From positions 1-32,585 of the forward strand of contig SLRS01000103.1 of assembly GCA_007130855.1 (NCBI GenBank): 32,585 bases of DNA, read 5' to 3'. The DNA is from Trueperaceae bacterium. Its GTDB lineage: Bacteria; Deinococcota; Deinococci; Deinococcales; Trueperaceae. The position numbers and the translations under genes were made by a program. The notes beneath the pieces were generated by a model. That model was not told the DNA's origin, made no database searches, and saw nothing but the letters and a program-made list of their open reading frames with translations. Positions 24,634-32,585 of this stretch are shown here, piece after piece; position 1 is the stretch's first letter; each line of letters begins with the position of its first letter.

Positions 24634-25257
24634 TCAGAACCACGCTTCGACGATCACCACCCGGTCCAGCGAATGCGCGCCGTGGTGGGCCCGGTGGAAC
24701 ACCCGCCACACCGGCGTGCCGTGATCGATCGGACCCACGACGGCCGAGCCGTCGTCGCAGCCGTAGTCGATGCGCATGCCGGCGATACCCGCGGTCGCGC
24801 CGGTCAGCAGCCCGCAGCGCTGCCCGCCCTCGAGCACCAGCGCCCAGGCGCGCGCAGACGGGTAGTCGGGATCGATCGGCTCCGCGGACCGCTCAGGCAG
24901 GTCTTGCAACACGGTGAGCTCGACCACCTCGAGCGAGAACGGCTCGCGCGCGCAGTGGAGCACCGCCCCGCCCACCATCGGATCGAGGAAGCACGGGTCG
25001 AGGATGGCGGAACCGGCCTCGCAACGATAGGCGTCGGGCCGCTCCGGGCTCGCGAGCGAGCGGGCAAGACACGATCCCTCGACGTGCTCGACCACCTCGA
25101 TCCCGGTCGTGAGACGACCGGCCACCGATGGTGTGAACACGCGCAGCTGCGTGACGGCCACCGGCTGCGCGAGCGCGGGCGTGGCGCTGCCAAGGACGGC
25201 GACGAGGGTGGCCGCGATCGTCGTCAGCGCCAGCACGTTTCGAAGCGGTGTGGGCAC
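24634..25257 (-). CDS. Secreted Cys-containing hypothetical protein
   Basis: GTG start with TGGAGG RBS. Signal peptide MPTPLRNVLALTTIAATLVAVLGSATPALA|QP. About 180-aa mature protein with 7 Cys. Lies 54 nt downstream of the ABC-2 permease on the same strand. Confidence 0.7.
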   Translation of the reverse strand: MPTPLRNVLALTTIAATLVAVLGSATPALAQPVAVTQLRVFTPSVAGRLTTGIEVVEHVEGSCLARSLASPERPDAYRCEAGSAILDPCFLDPMVGGAVLHCAREPFSLEVVELTVLQDLPERSAEPIDPDYPSARAWALVLEGGQRCGLLTGATAGIAGMRIDYGCDDGSAVVGPIDHGTPVWRVFHRAHHGAHSLDRVVIVEAWF

Positions 25258-25311
25258 GGGAGCCTCCAGGTGAACGGGGCGGGGCTGGTTCGTGGACAGC
25301 TGTCGTCGCCG

Positions 25312-26121
25312 CTAGAGGAACAGCGCGCCAGCCGCGTACGGCAGCACCACCAGCGCGCCCCACGCCGCCCGCACGCGCCGTCCCTCGGCGTGGCGGTCCC
25401 ATTGGAACAGCCGCACCGCGAGGACGACGGCGAGTACCGCGCCCGTGACGAGCACCGCCAGTGAGCCGACCGGCGAGAAGGCCGTCGTCTCGCCGAAGGC
25501 GAGGCCGCGCATGGCGTTCATGGCGTGGGTGGCGGGCAGGAGGCGCGCGAGCATGGCCAGCGTGTCGGGGATGACCTCCGATGGCACCATCAGCCCGCCG
25601 AGCATCACCGACGGCAGGAACACCAACTGCCCCCAGAGGATCGTCGCGCGGGTGCTGGCCGACACCACTGCGATCAGCAGGCCCAGGCCAGCGTGGGCCG
25701 CGGCCGCCGCGAGGTACACGAGCAGGTAGGCGCCAGCATGCGTTGGCGGCGGTGCCCCGAACAGGAGCGGCGCCGTCACGGTGATGATCGCCGAGACCAC
25801 CGTCAGGTGCAGCAGCGTCGCCGCTCCCGGCAGCAGCAGGATGCTCACGGCGGGCACCCCGTGGATCTTGAACGAGCGATAGATACCTGCCTCGCGCGCG
25901 GTCACGATCGGGTCGGGCAGGCCGAGGAGGCACCCCGCCATGAGCGCGAAGACGACCATCGCGGGGACCACCGTCTCGCGGAAGCCCGGGTTGAGGGCGA
26001 CCATCAGCGACCCGGCCATGAGGTAGAAGCCGAGCGGGAAGAGGTAGAGCAGCAGCAGCATGGCACGGTTGCGCAGGCCGCTCGCGAGTTCGAAGCCAGC
26101 GTGGTGGAGCAGGGCCATCAT
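25312..26121 (-). CDS. ABC-2 family transporter permease
   Basis: MMALLHHAGFELASGLRNRAMLLLLYLFPLGFYLMAG..., six hydrophobic helices. The ATG overlaps the ATPase stop by 4 nt. The remainder of ORF 25312..27186 is an antisense/other-frame artefact. Confidence 0.85.
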   Translation of the reverse strand: MMALLHHAGFELASGLRNRAMLLLLYLFPLGFYLMAGSLMVALNPGFRETVVPAMVVFALMAGCLLGLPDPIVTAREAGIYRSFKIHGVPAVSILLLPGAATLLHLTVVSAIITVTAPLLFGAPPPTHAGAYLLVYLAAAAAHAGLGLLIAVVSASTRATILWGQLVFLPSVMLGGLMVPSEVIPDTLAMLARLLPATHAMNAMRGLAFGETTAFSPVGSLAVLVTGAVLAVVLAVRLFQWDRHAEGRRVRAAWGALVVLPYAAGALFL

Positions 26122-27032
26122 GCTGCGGCTCCCGCGCTGGTGAGCTCCAAGAAGCGCTCCTCGAGCGACGGTCGCTCCACCCGCAGATCGATGAGGGGAT
26201 CGCTCGCCTCCTCGAGTGTCCGCAGGATCGCGGCGACGGTGGGACCGATCGCGTCGGTGAAGAAGACGTCGTACCCGTCGTTGCGCAGCTGGCGGCTGAC
26301 GCCCGGGTACGGTGTCGAGCGCGTCGCGAGCGTCTCGAGCTCGGAGCGCACCGAAACCCGCGTCAGGTCGGAGGCGGCCGCGGTGAGTGCTCTGGGCGTG
26401 CCGCTCGCCACGATGCGGCCGGCGAGCAAGATGGCGACGCGGTCGGCGAGCTTCTCGGCCTCGGCCATGTCGTGCGTCGCCAGGACGAGGGCCACGCCAC
26501 GCTCGCGGAGCTCGCTCACGAGCGCGTGGAGCTCGGCACGCGTCGCCACGTCGAGGCCGGCGGTCGGCTCGTCGAGGAACACGACCGGCGGATCGTTGAC
26601 CAGCGCCAAGGCCAGCGCCAGGCGGCGCTGCTGACCGGTCGAGAGGGTGCCGTACTCGATGCGCCGCCGCTCCTGCAACCCGAAGCGCTCGAGCAGGTCC
26701 CACCGCGGCGCACGCTCGTGGTAGGCGCAGAAGAAGCGCATCGCCTCGTCGACGCGCATCGTCTCGGGCAGGCCCGACGTCTGCAGCTGTACCCCCGTGA
26801 CGTCGCGCAAGCGGCGCGGTTCGCGCGCGGGATCGATGCCACGCACCCGCAGCCTCCCCGCGGTGGGGAAGCGCAGTCCCTCGAGGCATTCGAGGGTCGT
26901 CGTCTTGCCAGCCCCATTCGGACCGAGCAGCCCGAAGACCTCGCCTGGCGCCACGATGAAGTCGATGCCATCGACGGCGACGACGTCGCCGTACGTCTTG
27001 CGAAACCCCTCGACGACGATCGCCGGCTCCAT
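26118..27032 (-). CDS. ABC transporter ATP-binding protein
   Basis: MEPAIVVEGFRKTYGDVVAVDGIDFIVAPGEVFGLLGPNGAGKTTTLECL...LSTGQQRRLALALALVNDPPVVFLDEPTAGLD...: Walker A, signature, Walker B and H-loop motifs. Confidence 0.9.
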   Translation of the reverse strand: MEPAIVVEGFRKTYGDVVAVDGIDFIVAPGEVFGLLGPNGAGKTTTLECLEGLRFPTAGRLRVRGIDPAREPRRLRDVTGVQLQTSGLPETMRVDEAMRFFCAYHERAPRWDLLERFGLQERRRIEYGTLSTGQQRRLALALALVNDPPVVFLDEPTAGLDVATRAELHALVSELRERGVALVLATHDMAEAEKLADRVAILLAGRIVASGTPRALTAAASDLTRVSVRSELETLATRSTPYPGVSRQLRNDGYDVFFTDAIGPTVAAILRTLEEASDPLIDLRVERPSLEERFLELTSAGAAA

Positions 27033-27064
27033 CGACCGAGCATGCGCCCCCAGGGCCGGGACGT

Positions 27065-27553
27065 TCAAGCCTGTCGTTGTGCCCAGCTGCGGGCCGGGTA
27101 GGACGCCAGCAGCACGAGCCCGTCGACCACATCCGGGCTGCGCTTGACGAACTCCGCCGCCATCGCCCCACCCAACGAATGCCCACCGATCAGCCAGGGG
27201 CTCACCTCCGGGAAGGCTGCAATCACGTCGGCCGCGCGAGCCACGCCGAACACCGCCAGTTCGAGCGGCATCGGCACGAGCACGCTCAGCACCCCGCCGT
27301 CAGCGCGGCGCCGCAGGAGCGGCGCGTACGCCGCCGCATCGACCAAGCCGCCGGGGTAGAACACCAGCCCCGCCAGCGGCTCCCCCTCAGGCGCGAACAC
27401 GTACCAACCGCGCAGACGCTCGGCGTCCTGTGCGAGCGTGACCGCCTCCGGAAACCCGCCATAGCGAGCTGCTCGCGTCCAGCCGTAGAAGCTGGTCGCC
27501 CCGAGCGCCAACAACGCCAGCGCAACCACTGCAACCTTGAGCCACCTGTTCAT
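27065..27553 (-). CDS. Short alpha/beta-hydrolase-like protein (GHSLGG), signal-anchored; possibly truncated
   Basis: - Start MNRWLKVAVVALALLALGATSFYGW, with a GAGG RBS.
- Motifs FYPGGLVDAAAY and IGGHSLGGAMAAEF.
- Only about 45 aa follow the nucleophile Ser before the stop, so the Asp/His of the triad may be missing. Confidence 0.6.
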   Translation of the reverse strand: MNRWLKVAVVALALLALGATSFYGWTRAARYGGFPEAVTLAQDAERLRGWYVFAPEGEPLAGLVFYPGGLVDAAAYAPLLRRRADGGVLSVLVPMPLELAVFGVARAADVIAAFPEVSPWLIGGHSLGGAMAAEFVKRSPDVVDGLVLLASYPARSWAQRQA

Positions 27554-27849
27554 CGAAACCTCGCTGTGCGGCCATGCGCGCGCGATGCGCGTGCACTCGA
27601 CGAGTGTACCGGCGCGCAGGGCGACCACGCGGTCGACCTGGAGGTGCCTCTCGCCATGCTCCTCGGTGGACTCGAACGGAACGCGCCGAGATAGGGCGCA
27701 ACGGCCCCTCATCGATCTCGGAGCAGCGGCCGATCTCGGGACGTTCGTCCCTGGAGGCGGTGGCTCGACTCGGTGCGTCGTGAAGTCGACGAGGCTGGTT
27801 GGGTTGCGAATCGCCGATGACGCGACGGACGTCGCGGAAGGGACGGCTC

Positions 27850-29493
27850 ATGGCGATCGTCACGCGAGGTCTTCTTGCAATCCTCGTGCTCACCGTCGGC
27901 GGCCTCGCGTGGGCCGGGGCGGTGTCGCGGCTGTCGGCCACCGGTTGGCCGATCGTCATCGACGGGTTCACACCGGGAGCGAGGTACTCGTTGTCGGTGT
28001 ACGGGACGGTGGCGTACCCGGGGACGATGGAACGCCCGCTCACCGTCTACCGAGACGCATGTTTCGAGTACGAGGGCCCAGGCTTCGTCACGTACCCTGG
28101 GACGCCGGCGGCAGTGTTCCAGAACGACTTCGGGGTGGAGGTGTGCGGGGTTGACCCGGGATACCGGGACGGCGCGTATCGGACCCTGGAGCGGGTCGAG
28201 TTCGTGGCGCCCCGAGAACGGATGGTGGCGTGGATGGTGCCGCCGAACCTGCCGGAGCGCGACCTGGTCGCCGCGGGGTGGCAGAACCTGCAGGTGTTCG
28301 TGCGGGCGCTGGATCGGCAGCACGTGGGCCCTCCACCCGAGCAGCTCAACTACTGCCTGATGCGCCGACCGTTGTCGATCCAGCCGACGAGCGGCCCGCC
28401 GGTGTGCTTCGAGTTCAGGCGGGCGTTCGCCTTCGCCGTGGTCGATCGCCTGGTTGACGTCGACTTCGACACCTGCCTGCTGACCGACCTCGCGCTCCGT
28501 CAGGGCTGGGAGCTCGATCCGTCCTTCGGTGGGCCCTACGGTGGTTACAGGCGCGCGGAGGAGGCGTACTTCGTGGTCACCCCGCTTCGGTACCCGCGCC
28601 CGACAGGCGACTTCTACCGCTGCCGCGGCGCGCCGCGGGCGGTGCCAGATCCGGCCCCTGATCCGGCCGCCGACCCGCTGCTGAGCGATCCCTCGGGCTT
28701 CGATCCGTTCCGATGGTCGGCCACGCCCCCGTTCGACCCTTCCCGCGTCGATCCCGACCCGTTCGCTCCCGCCTTCTTCGATCCACGGAGCGTCGATGCC
28801 GCCGTGCTCGCCGCCTATGGTGTCTTCGGTGCGAACTCGTGCCCGTGGGCCTTCGACGGCGAGTGCGACGAGCCTGGGATCGGCACCGGCCTCTGCGCCG
28901 CCGGTACGGACACGTTCGACTGTCGCGGCGTCTCGTTCGATTGGTCGAACAGCTGTCCCTGGGCGTTCGATGGGGAGTGCGACGAGCCCGCCATCGGGAC
29001 GGGCCTCTGCCTGCCGGGCACCGACACGTTCGACTGCGCTGGCGCCTTGGCCGTCGCGCCCGCGCCCGCACCGACACCGGAGCCGCCGACCGCCGAACCG
29101 CCGCTGCCAGCGGACGTCGAACGCCGCGAACGTGCGTTGGATGCGTGCGACGTCTGGTCGGTGGCGAACTCTGGCGGCGCCGAGGGCACGGTCGACGTGT
29201 GGGACATCCGCGCCATCCCCGATGGCGCCGTCTTCGACCTGCGCTTCGATGCCCGCTCGGAGCCCGACCGCTACCGCGTGACACACGCCGGCGTGCAGGT
29301 GTACGACAGCGGTTGGCGTGGTGCGAGTCACTTCGATGGTGATGTGCGCTTCGATGGCGGTCTCGCAGGCCCGGGGCGAGGTGAGGCGCTCGATCTGTTC
29401 GTGAAGCGCGGCCAGGCCGACTTCACGGTGACGGTGGTCGGTGGTACGTCGAGCACGATCTGGGATTACCGGGTCCGGTGTCGCCTGCCATGA
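27850..29493 (+). CDS. Large secreted hypothetical protein: N-terminal ~260-aa domain, Pro/Asp-rich linker, two tandem 4-Cys repeats (SCPWAFDGECDEPxIGTGLC..GTDTFDC), Pro/Ala/Glu linker, C-terminal ~150-aa domain
   Basis: - GGAAGGGA RBS and signal peptide MAIVTRGLLAILVLTVGGLAWAGA.
- Repeat units at about residues 340-372 and 385-417 are nearly identical.
- Linkers: DPAPDPAADPLLSDPSGFDPFRW...DPSRVDPDPFAPAFFDP and APAPAPTPEPPTAEPP.
- The ORF-track start at 27799 was rejected. Confidence 0.75.
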   Translation: MAIVTRGLLAILVLTVGGLAWAGAVSRLSATGWPIVIDGFTPGARYSLSVYGTVAYPGTMERPLTVYRDACFEYEGPGFVTYPGTPAAVFQNDFGVEVCGVDPGYRDGAYRTLERVEFVAPRERMVAWMVPPNLPERDLVAAGWQNLQVFVRALDRQHVGPPPEQLNYCLMRRPLSIQPTSGPPVCFEFRRAFAFAVVDRLVDVDFDTCLLTDLALRQGWELDPSFGGPYGGYRRAEEAYFVVTPLRYPRPTGDFYRCRGAPRAVPDPAPDPAADPLLSDPSGFDPFRWSATPPFDPSRVDPDPFAPAFFDPRSVDAAVLAAYGVFGANSCPWAFDGECDEPGIGTGLCAAGTDTFDCRGVSFDWSNSCPWAFDGECDEPAIGTGLCLPGTDTFDCAGALAVAPAPAPTPEPPTAEPPLPADVERRERALDACDVWSVANSGGAEGTVDVWDIRAIPDGAVFDLRFDARSEPDRYRVTHAGVQVYDSGWRGASHFDGDVRFDGGLAGPGRGEALDLFVKRGQADFTVTVVGGTSSTIWDYRVRCRLP

Positions 29494-29532
29494 CGCCGGC
29501 TGGCTGAGTGTGCTGGGCGGTAGGCTGCCGGA

Positions 29533-29558
29533 TGATCGCGGAGAAGGTGATCGCGGAG
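29533..29558. repeat. Direct repeat 2 x tgatcgcggag separated by 4 nt
   Basis: Seen in sequence, about 120 nt upstream of the small ORF at 29676. Possible transcription-factor site. Confidence 0.3.
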
Positions 29559-29675
29559 CGCGACCTTGGCGCCCTGCTGCCCGAGTCCGCTGTCGCCGGC
29601 CTGCACTTCGTCCCGGCCGCGACCCTTCCGGCCGCGCGGTTTCCGCCCCGTCGCCACAGACCGAGGAGGATACGG

Positions 29676-29912
29676 ATGACCCAACTGCTGGCGTTCGCCA
29701 AGCCACAGCCGTTGCTGACGTTCTTCGCGCTGACGTTCGCCATCTCCTGGGGCGGCATCCTCATCAGCGTCGGGGTCGACGGGCTCTTCGGTGTGTCGGA
29801 GCTCGATGAGGCCCGACTGCCGTTCGTCTATCTGGCGATGCTCGCCGGCCCGAGTGCCGTGGCCGACAGTAGGCAGCGTTTACGGCGGCGGTTCTCGAAC
29901 CGGGCTGTCTGA
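29676..29912 (+). CDS. Small hydrophobic ORF (78 aa), possibly the truncated 5' fragment of a membrane-protein gene
   Basis: A strong GAGGAGGA RBS sits 5 nt before the ATG. MTQLLAFAKPQPLLTFFALTFAISWGGILISVGVDGLFG... is membrane-like, but the C-terminal 15 residues are Arg-rich junk before the stop. Confidence 0.35.
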   Translation: MTQLLAFAKPQPLLTFFALTFAISWGGILISVGVDGLFGVSELDEARLPFVYLAMLAGPSAVADSRQRLRRRFSNRAV

Positions 29913-30089
29913 GGAGCCCCTGAAGACGACCGCTGGTCTTCGGGGTCGCTTCGCGCGATGCAGGGCGCCGCGCCGCGGTCGGCTCATGCGCCTGCGTGGC
30001 CATCACATGGAGCGCACCGGCCCCAGATGCGAGCGGCGCGATCACACGCGGTCTTCGGATCTCCGCCAGCGGTCGTCCACCGGACGCCT

Positions 30090-31298
30090 TCATGACCCAC
30101 GAGCGACTGGCCTGCTACCGCCTCGCGCACCTGCGCGCTGCGCCAGCGGCGACATCGCCCGCAGCCAGCGCCCCACCGAACGGAACGGTAGCGGCCCGGC
30201 GTTCACCTGATCGACCGTGCCCACCAGATCGACGTCGAGTACCGGGCAATGGAACGCCCACGAACCGGTCGAGCCCGTGTGCCCTACCACCGCCGGCGGC
30301 CGGTTGATCGGCGCAAGCAGCCACGGCAGATCGAAGCGCATCACGCCATGCCCGTACTCGATGGGCCACCCCGGCCGCCGCAGCGCCGCAGGGTCGAAGC
30401 CCTGCCGGAAGCGACGGAACGGCCCGGCCATGCGCTCGAAGGCACCGGGGTCGCCGTCGAAGAGCCGCCCCTCCACCAAGCCGCGCAGCAAGGACAGTTG
30501 GTCCTCGAGCGTGCTGTACATGGCGTACGTCGAACGCAGCGTGGCCGGGGCGTCGAACGGCTCGGTACCGGCCCAGAGCGTGGCGGCGGCTGCGGTCCGC
30601 ACGTGCTGCGGGTCGTCGTGCGACGCCACCCAAGTGGCGTCCATCCGCAACGGCTCGAACACCAGCGAGCGGTATGCCTCCGCCACGTGCCGGCCCTCGA
30701 CCACCTCGAGGATCGTCTTGAGGGCCAGGTAGTTCGTATCGCAGTACTGCGCCCGGGCCTTCGGGCTGCTCAGGTCCTGGGGCGGGTAGTGCGGCCGAAG
30801 CTGCTCGCGCACACGCGCGAAGGCCGCTTCGCGCGACCAGCCCGCGTCGCCCTGGGCGAGCGTCTCCTCCACCAGGCTGCGGCCCCCCTTCGGCCGGTCC
30901 TCGAGGTAGTCGGCCAAGCCCGAGGTGTGGCTCAGGAGGTGACGCACGGTGACCTGGTCCGTTCGGTCGGTGCCGCCCATCACGTGCAGGCCGGCGCCGA
31001 GCCCGGCCGGTAGGTACGCCAGCATCGGCGCGCCCAGGTCGAGGCTGCCCCGCTCCGCCAGCAGGAACAGCGCCGTAGCCGTGACGAGCTTGTCGACGCT
31101 GGCGACGAAGTAGGGGGTCTCGACGGTCATCGGCATGCCATCGGGGCGGGCCTCGCCGAGGGCGCCGCGCCAGATGAACGAGCCGTCGCCACTGCGCACG
31201 GCAAAGGTGGCGTGGGCGACATCGGGCCGGGCGACGAGCCGCTCGAGGCACTCATCGAGCCCTTCGCGCGCGCGCTCGTGTCTCGCGAGATCGGCCAT
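30090..31298 (-). CDS. Beta-lactamase-family serine hydrolase (class C-like, SxxK = SVDK)
   Basis: The ATG at 31298 is preceded by GGAGG 7 nt upstream. MADLARHERAREGLDECLERLVARPDV...YFVASVDKLVTATALFLL...YCDTNY... matches the family. The ORF frame stays open upstream to 31586 through a hydrophobic stretch (see findings). Confidence 0.8.
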   Translation of the reverse strand: MADLARHERAREGLDECLERLVARPDVAHATFAVRSGDGSFIWRGALGEARPDGMPMTVETPYFVASVDKLVTATALFLLAERGSLDLGAPMLAYLPAGLGAGLHVMGGTDRTDQVTVRHLLSHTSGLADYLEDRPKGGRSLVEETLAQGDAGWSREAAFARVREQLRPHYPPQDLSSPKARAQYCDTNYLALKTILEVVEGRHVAEAYRSLVFEPLRMDATWVASHDDPQHVRTAAAATLWAGTEPFDAPATLRSTYAMYSTLEDQLSLLRGLVEGRLFDGDPGAFERMAGPFRRFRQGFDPAALRRPGWPIEYGHGVMRFDLPWLLAPINRPPAVVGHTGSTGSWAFHCPVLDVDLVGTVDQVNAGPLPFRSVGRWLRAMSPLAQRAGARGGSRPVARGS

Positions 31299-31362
31299 CA
31301 ACAAGCCTCCAGGTGCGCCCGTCCCCAGGCGGGATCGAAGCGGGACGTCCGCCGCCTGGACG

Positions 31363-31818
31363 CTACCTGGGTGGAGGGCCAAGCGGCCGGCGCGGGCCGC
31401 CCAACGCACCACCGAGGGGACGCAGAGCGGACGCACCTGATGCTGACGCGCGAGCGCCGCCAAACCCACGGGCACGAAACCCGCTACCGAGTAGTACCAT
31501 GCGGCCCCCAGTGCGCCTCCAGCCGCCGTCGCGCCCGTCACGTGGAAGGCGGGGACGCGGTTCATCGGACCCAGGTACCAGAGCACCAGCCACCGACCGG
31601 GTAGAAGCGGCGAGCGACAGGAAGAAGCCGAGCGTGGTCGCCATCAGGGTGCCGATCCAGGCCGCGTCGTAGACCCCTCGGTATGCCCCCAGGCGCAGCA
31701 TGAACACCTCGCTCACGATCGCGTAACCGAGCAGCACCGCCAGCGCCACGATCACCACGAACGAGAAGCGGCGCACCTCACGGAAGTCGGCGGCAGCCAC
31801 ACCGGCGACAGCGTTCAT
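31363..31818 (-). CDS. Small membrane protein ORF; probably frameshifted, with only the first ~78 codons coding-like
   Basis: MNAVAGVAAADFREVRRFSFVVIVALAVLLGYAIVSEVFMLRLGAYRGVYDAAWIGTLMATTLGFFLSLAAS has a coding-like GC2/GC3 pattern and two TM helices. Thereafter this frame becomes Arg/Gly junk, while the +1 frame (the hydrolase ORF frame) becomes hydrophobic and coding-like (LVLWYLGPMNRVPAFHVTGATAAGGALGAAWYYSVAGFVPVGLAALA). Confidence 0.3.
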   Translation of the reverse strand: MNAVAGVAAADFREVRRFSFVVIVALAVLLGYAIVSEVFMLRLGAYRGVYDAAWIGTLMATTLGFFLSLAASTRSVAGALVPGSDEPRPRLPRDGRDGGWRRTGGRMVLLGSGFRARGFGGARASASGASALRPLGGALGGPRRPLGPPPR

Positions 31819-32057
31819 GCCGCGCCGACGGCGCCTGAGCCCACCGCGTGGAGGTACGCATCCTCGAGCGTCGCTGCCACCGGTGAGAGACAGCAGGCGC
31901 AGTGGAAGTCGTTGACCGAGCGTGTCGTCGCGCTGCGCCGACGTACCGGCGCTCGCCGCGTGTACCGTCGTTGTGCGACGGGTACGGCGCGCGACGCAGC
32001 CGTCCAGCACCTGTTCGGGGGCTGGACAGCAGTCGCCGCAGCCCCCGCAGCGCTACC

Positions 32058-32585
32058 GTGAGGTCATGCGCACCCTTGCACTCATCCTCGTCGTGCTCGC
32101 GCTCGGCGCCTGCGTCCCCACCGTCGACGGCGTCGGCGACGACGCCGTCATCCCCGGCGCCGGCGTCGCGTCGGTACCGTTCGGAGACCTCACCACCGGC
32201 TACGAGGTGCTCGGTAGCGGCCCACCGGTGGTGATGGTGCACGGCATCGGCGGCGGCTCGAGCGTCTTCCAGTACCGCCTCAACGCCCCCACCGTGGCGG
32301 CCGCCGGCTACCGCGTCTACGCCCTCGACCTGCTCGGCTTCGGCCGCTCCTCGCGTCCCGAGCAGCGCAGCACCCAGGACGACCTCGTCGCGCAGGTGAC
32401 CGCGTTCCTCGAGGACGTCGTCGGCCAGCCAGCGGTCCTGGTCGCGAACGGGCTCTCCGCCGCCCACGCGATCCGCATCGCCGCCGAGCGGCCCGAGTTG
32501 GTCTCGGGCCTGGCGCTCATCGCGCCCACCGGCTACCGCAGCCTGAACCGTCCCCAGGACGCCGCGCGCGAGCGCACCTTCGACG
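32058..32585 (+). CDS. Alpha/beta hydrolase lipoprotein (partial; continues beyond window)
   Basis: MRTLALILVVLALGAC has an L-G-A-C lipobox. This is followed by VVMVHGIGGGSSVFQY...YRVYALDLLGFGRS...ANGLSAAHAIRIAAERPELVSGLALIAP, typical alpha/beta-hydrolase (HGxGG, nucleophile-elbow-like) features. The frame stays open to the window end. Confidence 0.75.

Noticed and set aside
1-32585. CRISPR arrays, tRNA/rRNA genes, IS elements or integrases
   Set aside because: No spaced direct-repeat arrays, no cloverleaf-compatible conserved tRNA motifs, and no transposase or integrase-like ORFs were found on either strand. The only repeats are short regulatory-scale ones, listed above.

Overview
Very GC-rich (about 70% by eye) bacterial chromosomal segment with dense coding on both strands. 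The ORF track is full of long Arg/Pro/Gly-rich antisense ORFs typical of such DNA, so I called genes by protein-like composition, recognisable motifs, codon-position GC pattern (low GC2, high GC3), RBS and gene context.

The region is dominated by secreted, envelope-associated hydrolases and transporters:
- a minus-strand operon CPBP-like membrane protease -> SPFH/band-7 protein -> small Arc-like ribbon-helix-helix protein -> secreted alpha/beta hydrolase -> ABC ATPase (ATGA-coupled, running off the window);
- a gene-decay zone (~4.1-8.0 kb) with a collapsed GT1 glycosyltransferase pseudogene and frameshifted remnants;
- an unusual secreted redox protein: Tat-like signal + C_GCAxxG_C_C domain + two CxxCH haem motifs + T9SS/FlgD-Ig-like C-terminal sorting domain;
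- an FGGY sugar kinase behind a near-consensus sigma70 promoter;
- a methyltransferase (ICMT/PEMT-like)-PlsC acyltransferase-zinc-ribbon fusion;
- two beta-lactamase-family serine hydrolases, one with a C-terminal polytopic membrane domain;
- the conserved alpha-2-macroglobulin (CTEQ thioester, N-terminal PAN/apple domain) / PBP1C pair;
- an S8 peptidase, divergent from a secreted protein with an internal tandem duplication;
- an ABC-2 exporter module with a secreted Cys protein;
- a large secreted protein with tandem 4-Cys repeats and a Pro/Asp-rich linker;
- several more alpha/beta hydrolases.

No rRNA, tRNA, CRISPR or obvious mobile element was seen. The most novel-looking items are the cytochrome/C_GCAxxG/CTD fusion, the Cys-repeat secreted protein, the duplicated-domain secreted protein with its palindrome-plus-tandem-repeat control region, and the SPFH-RHH-hydrolase operon.
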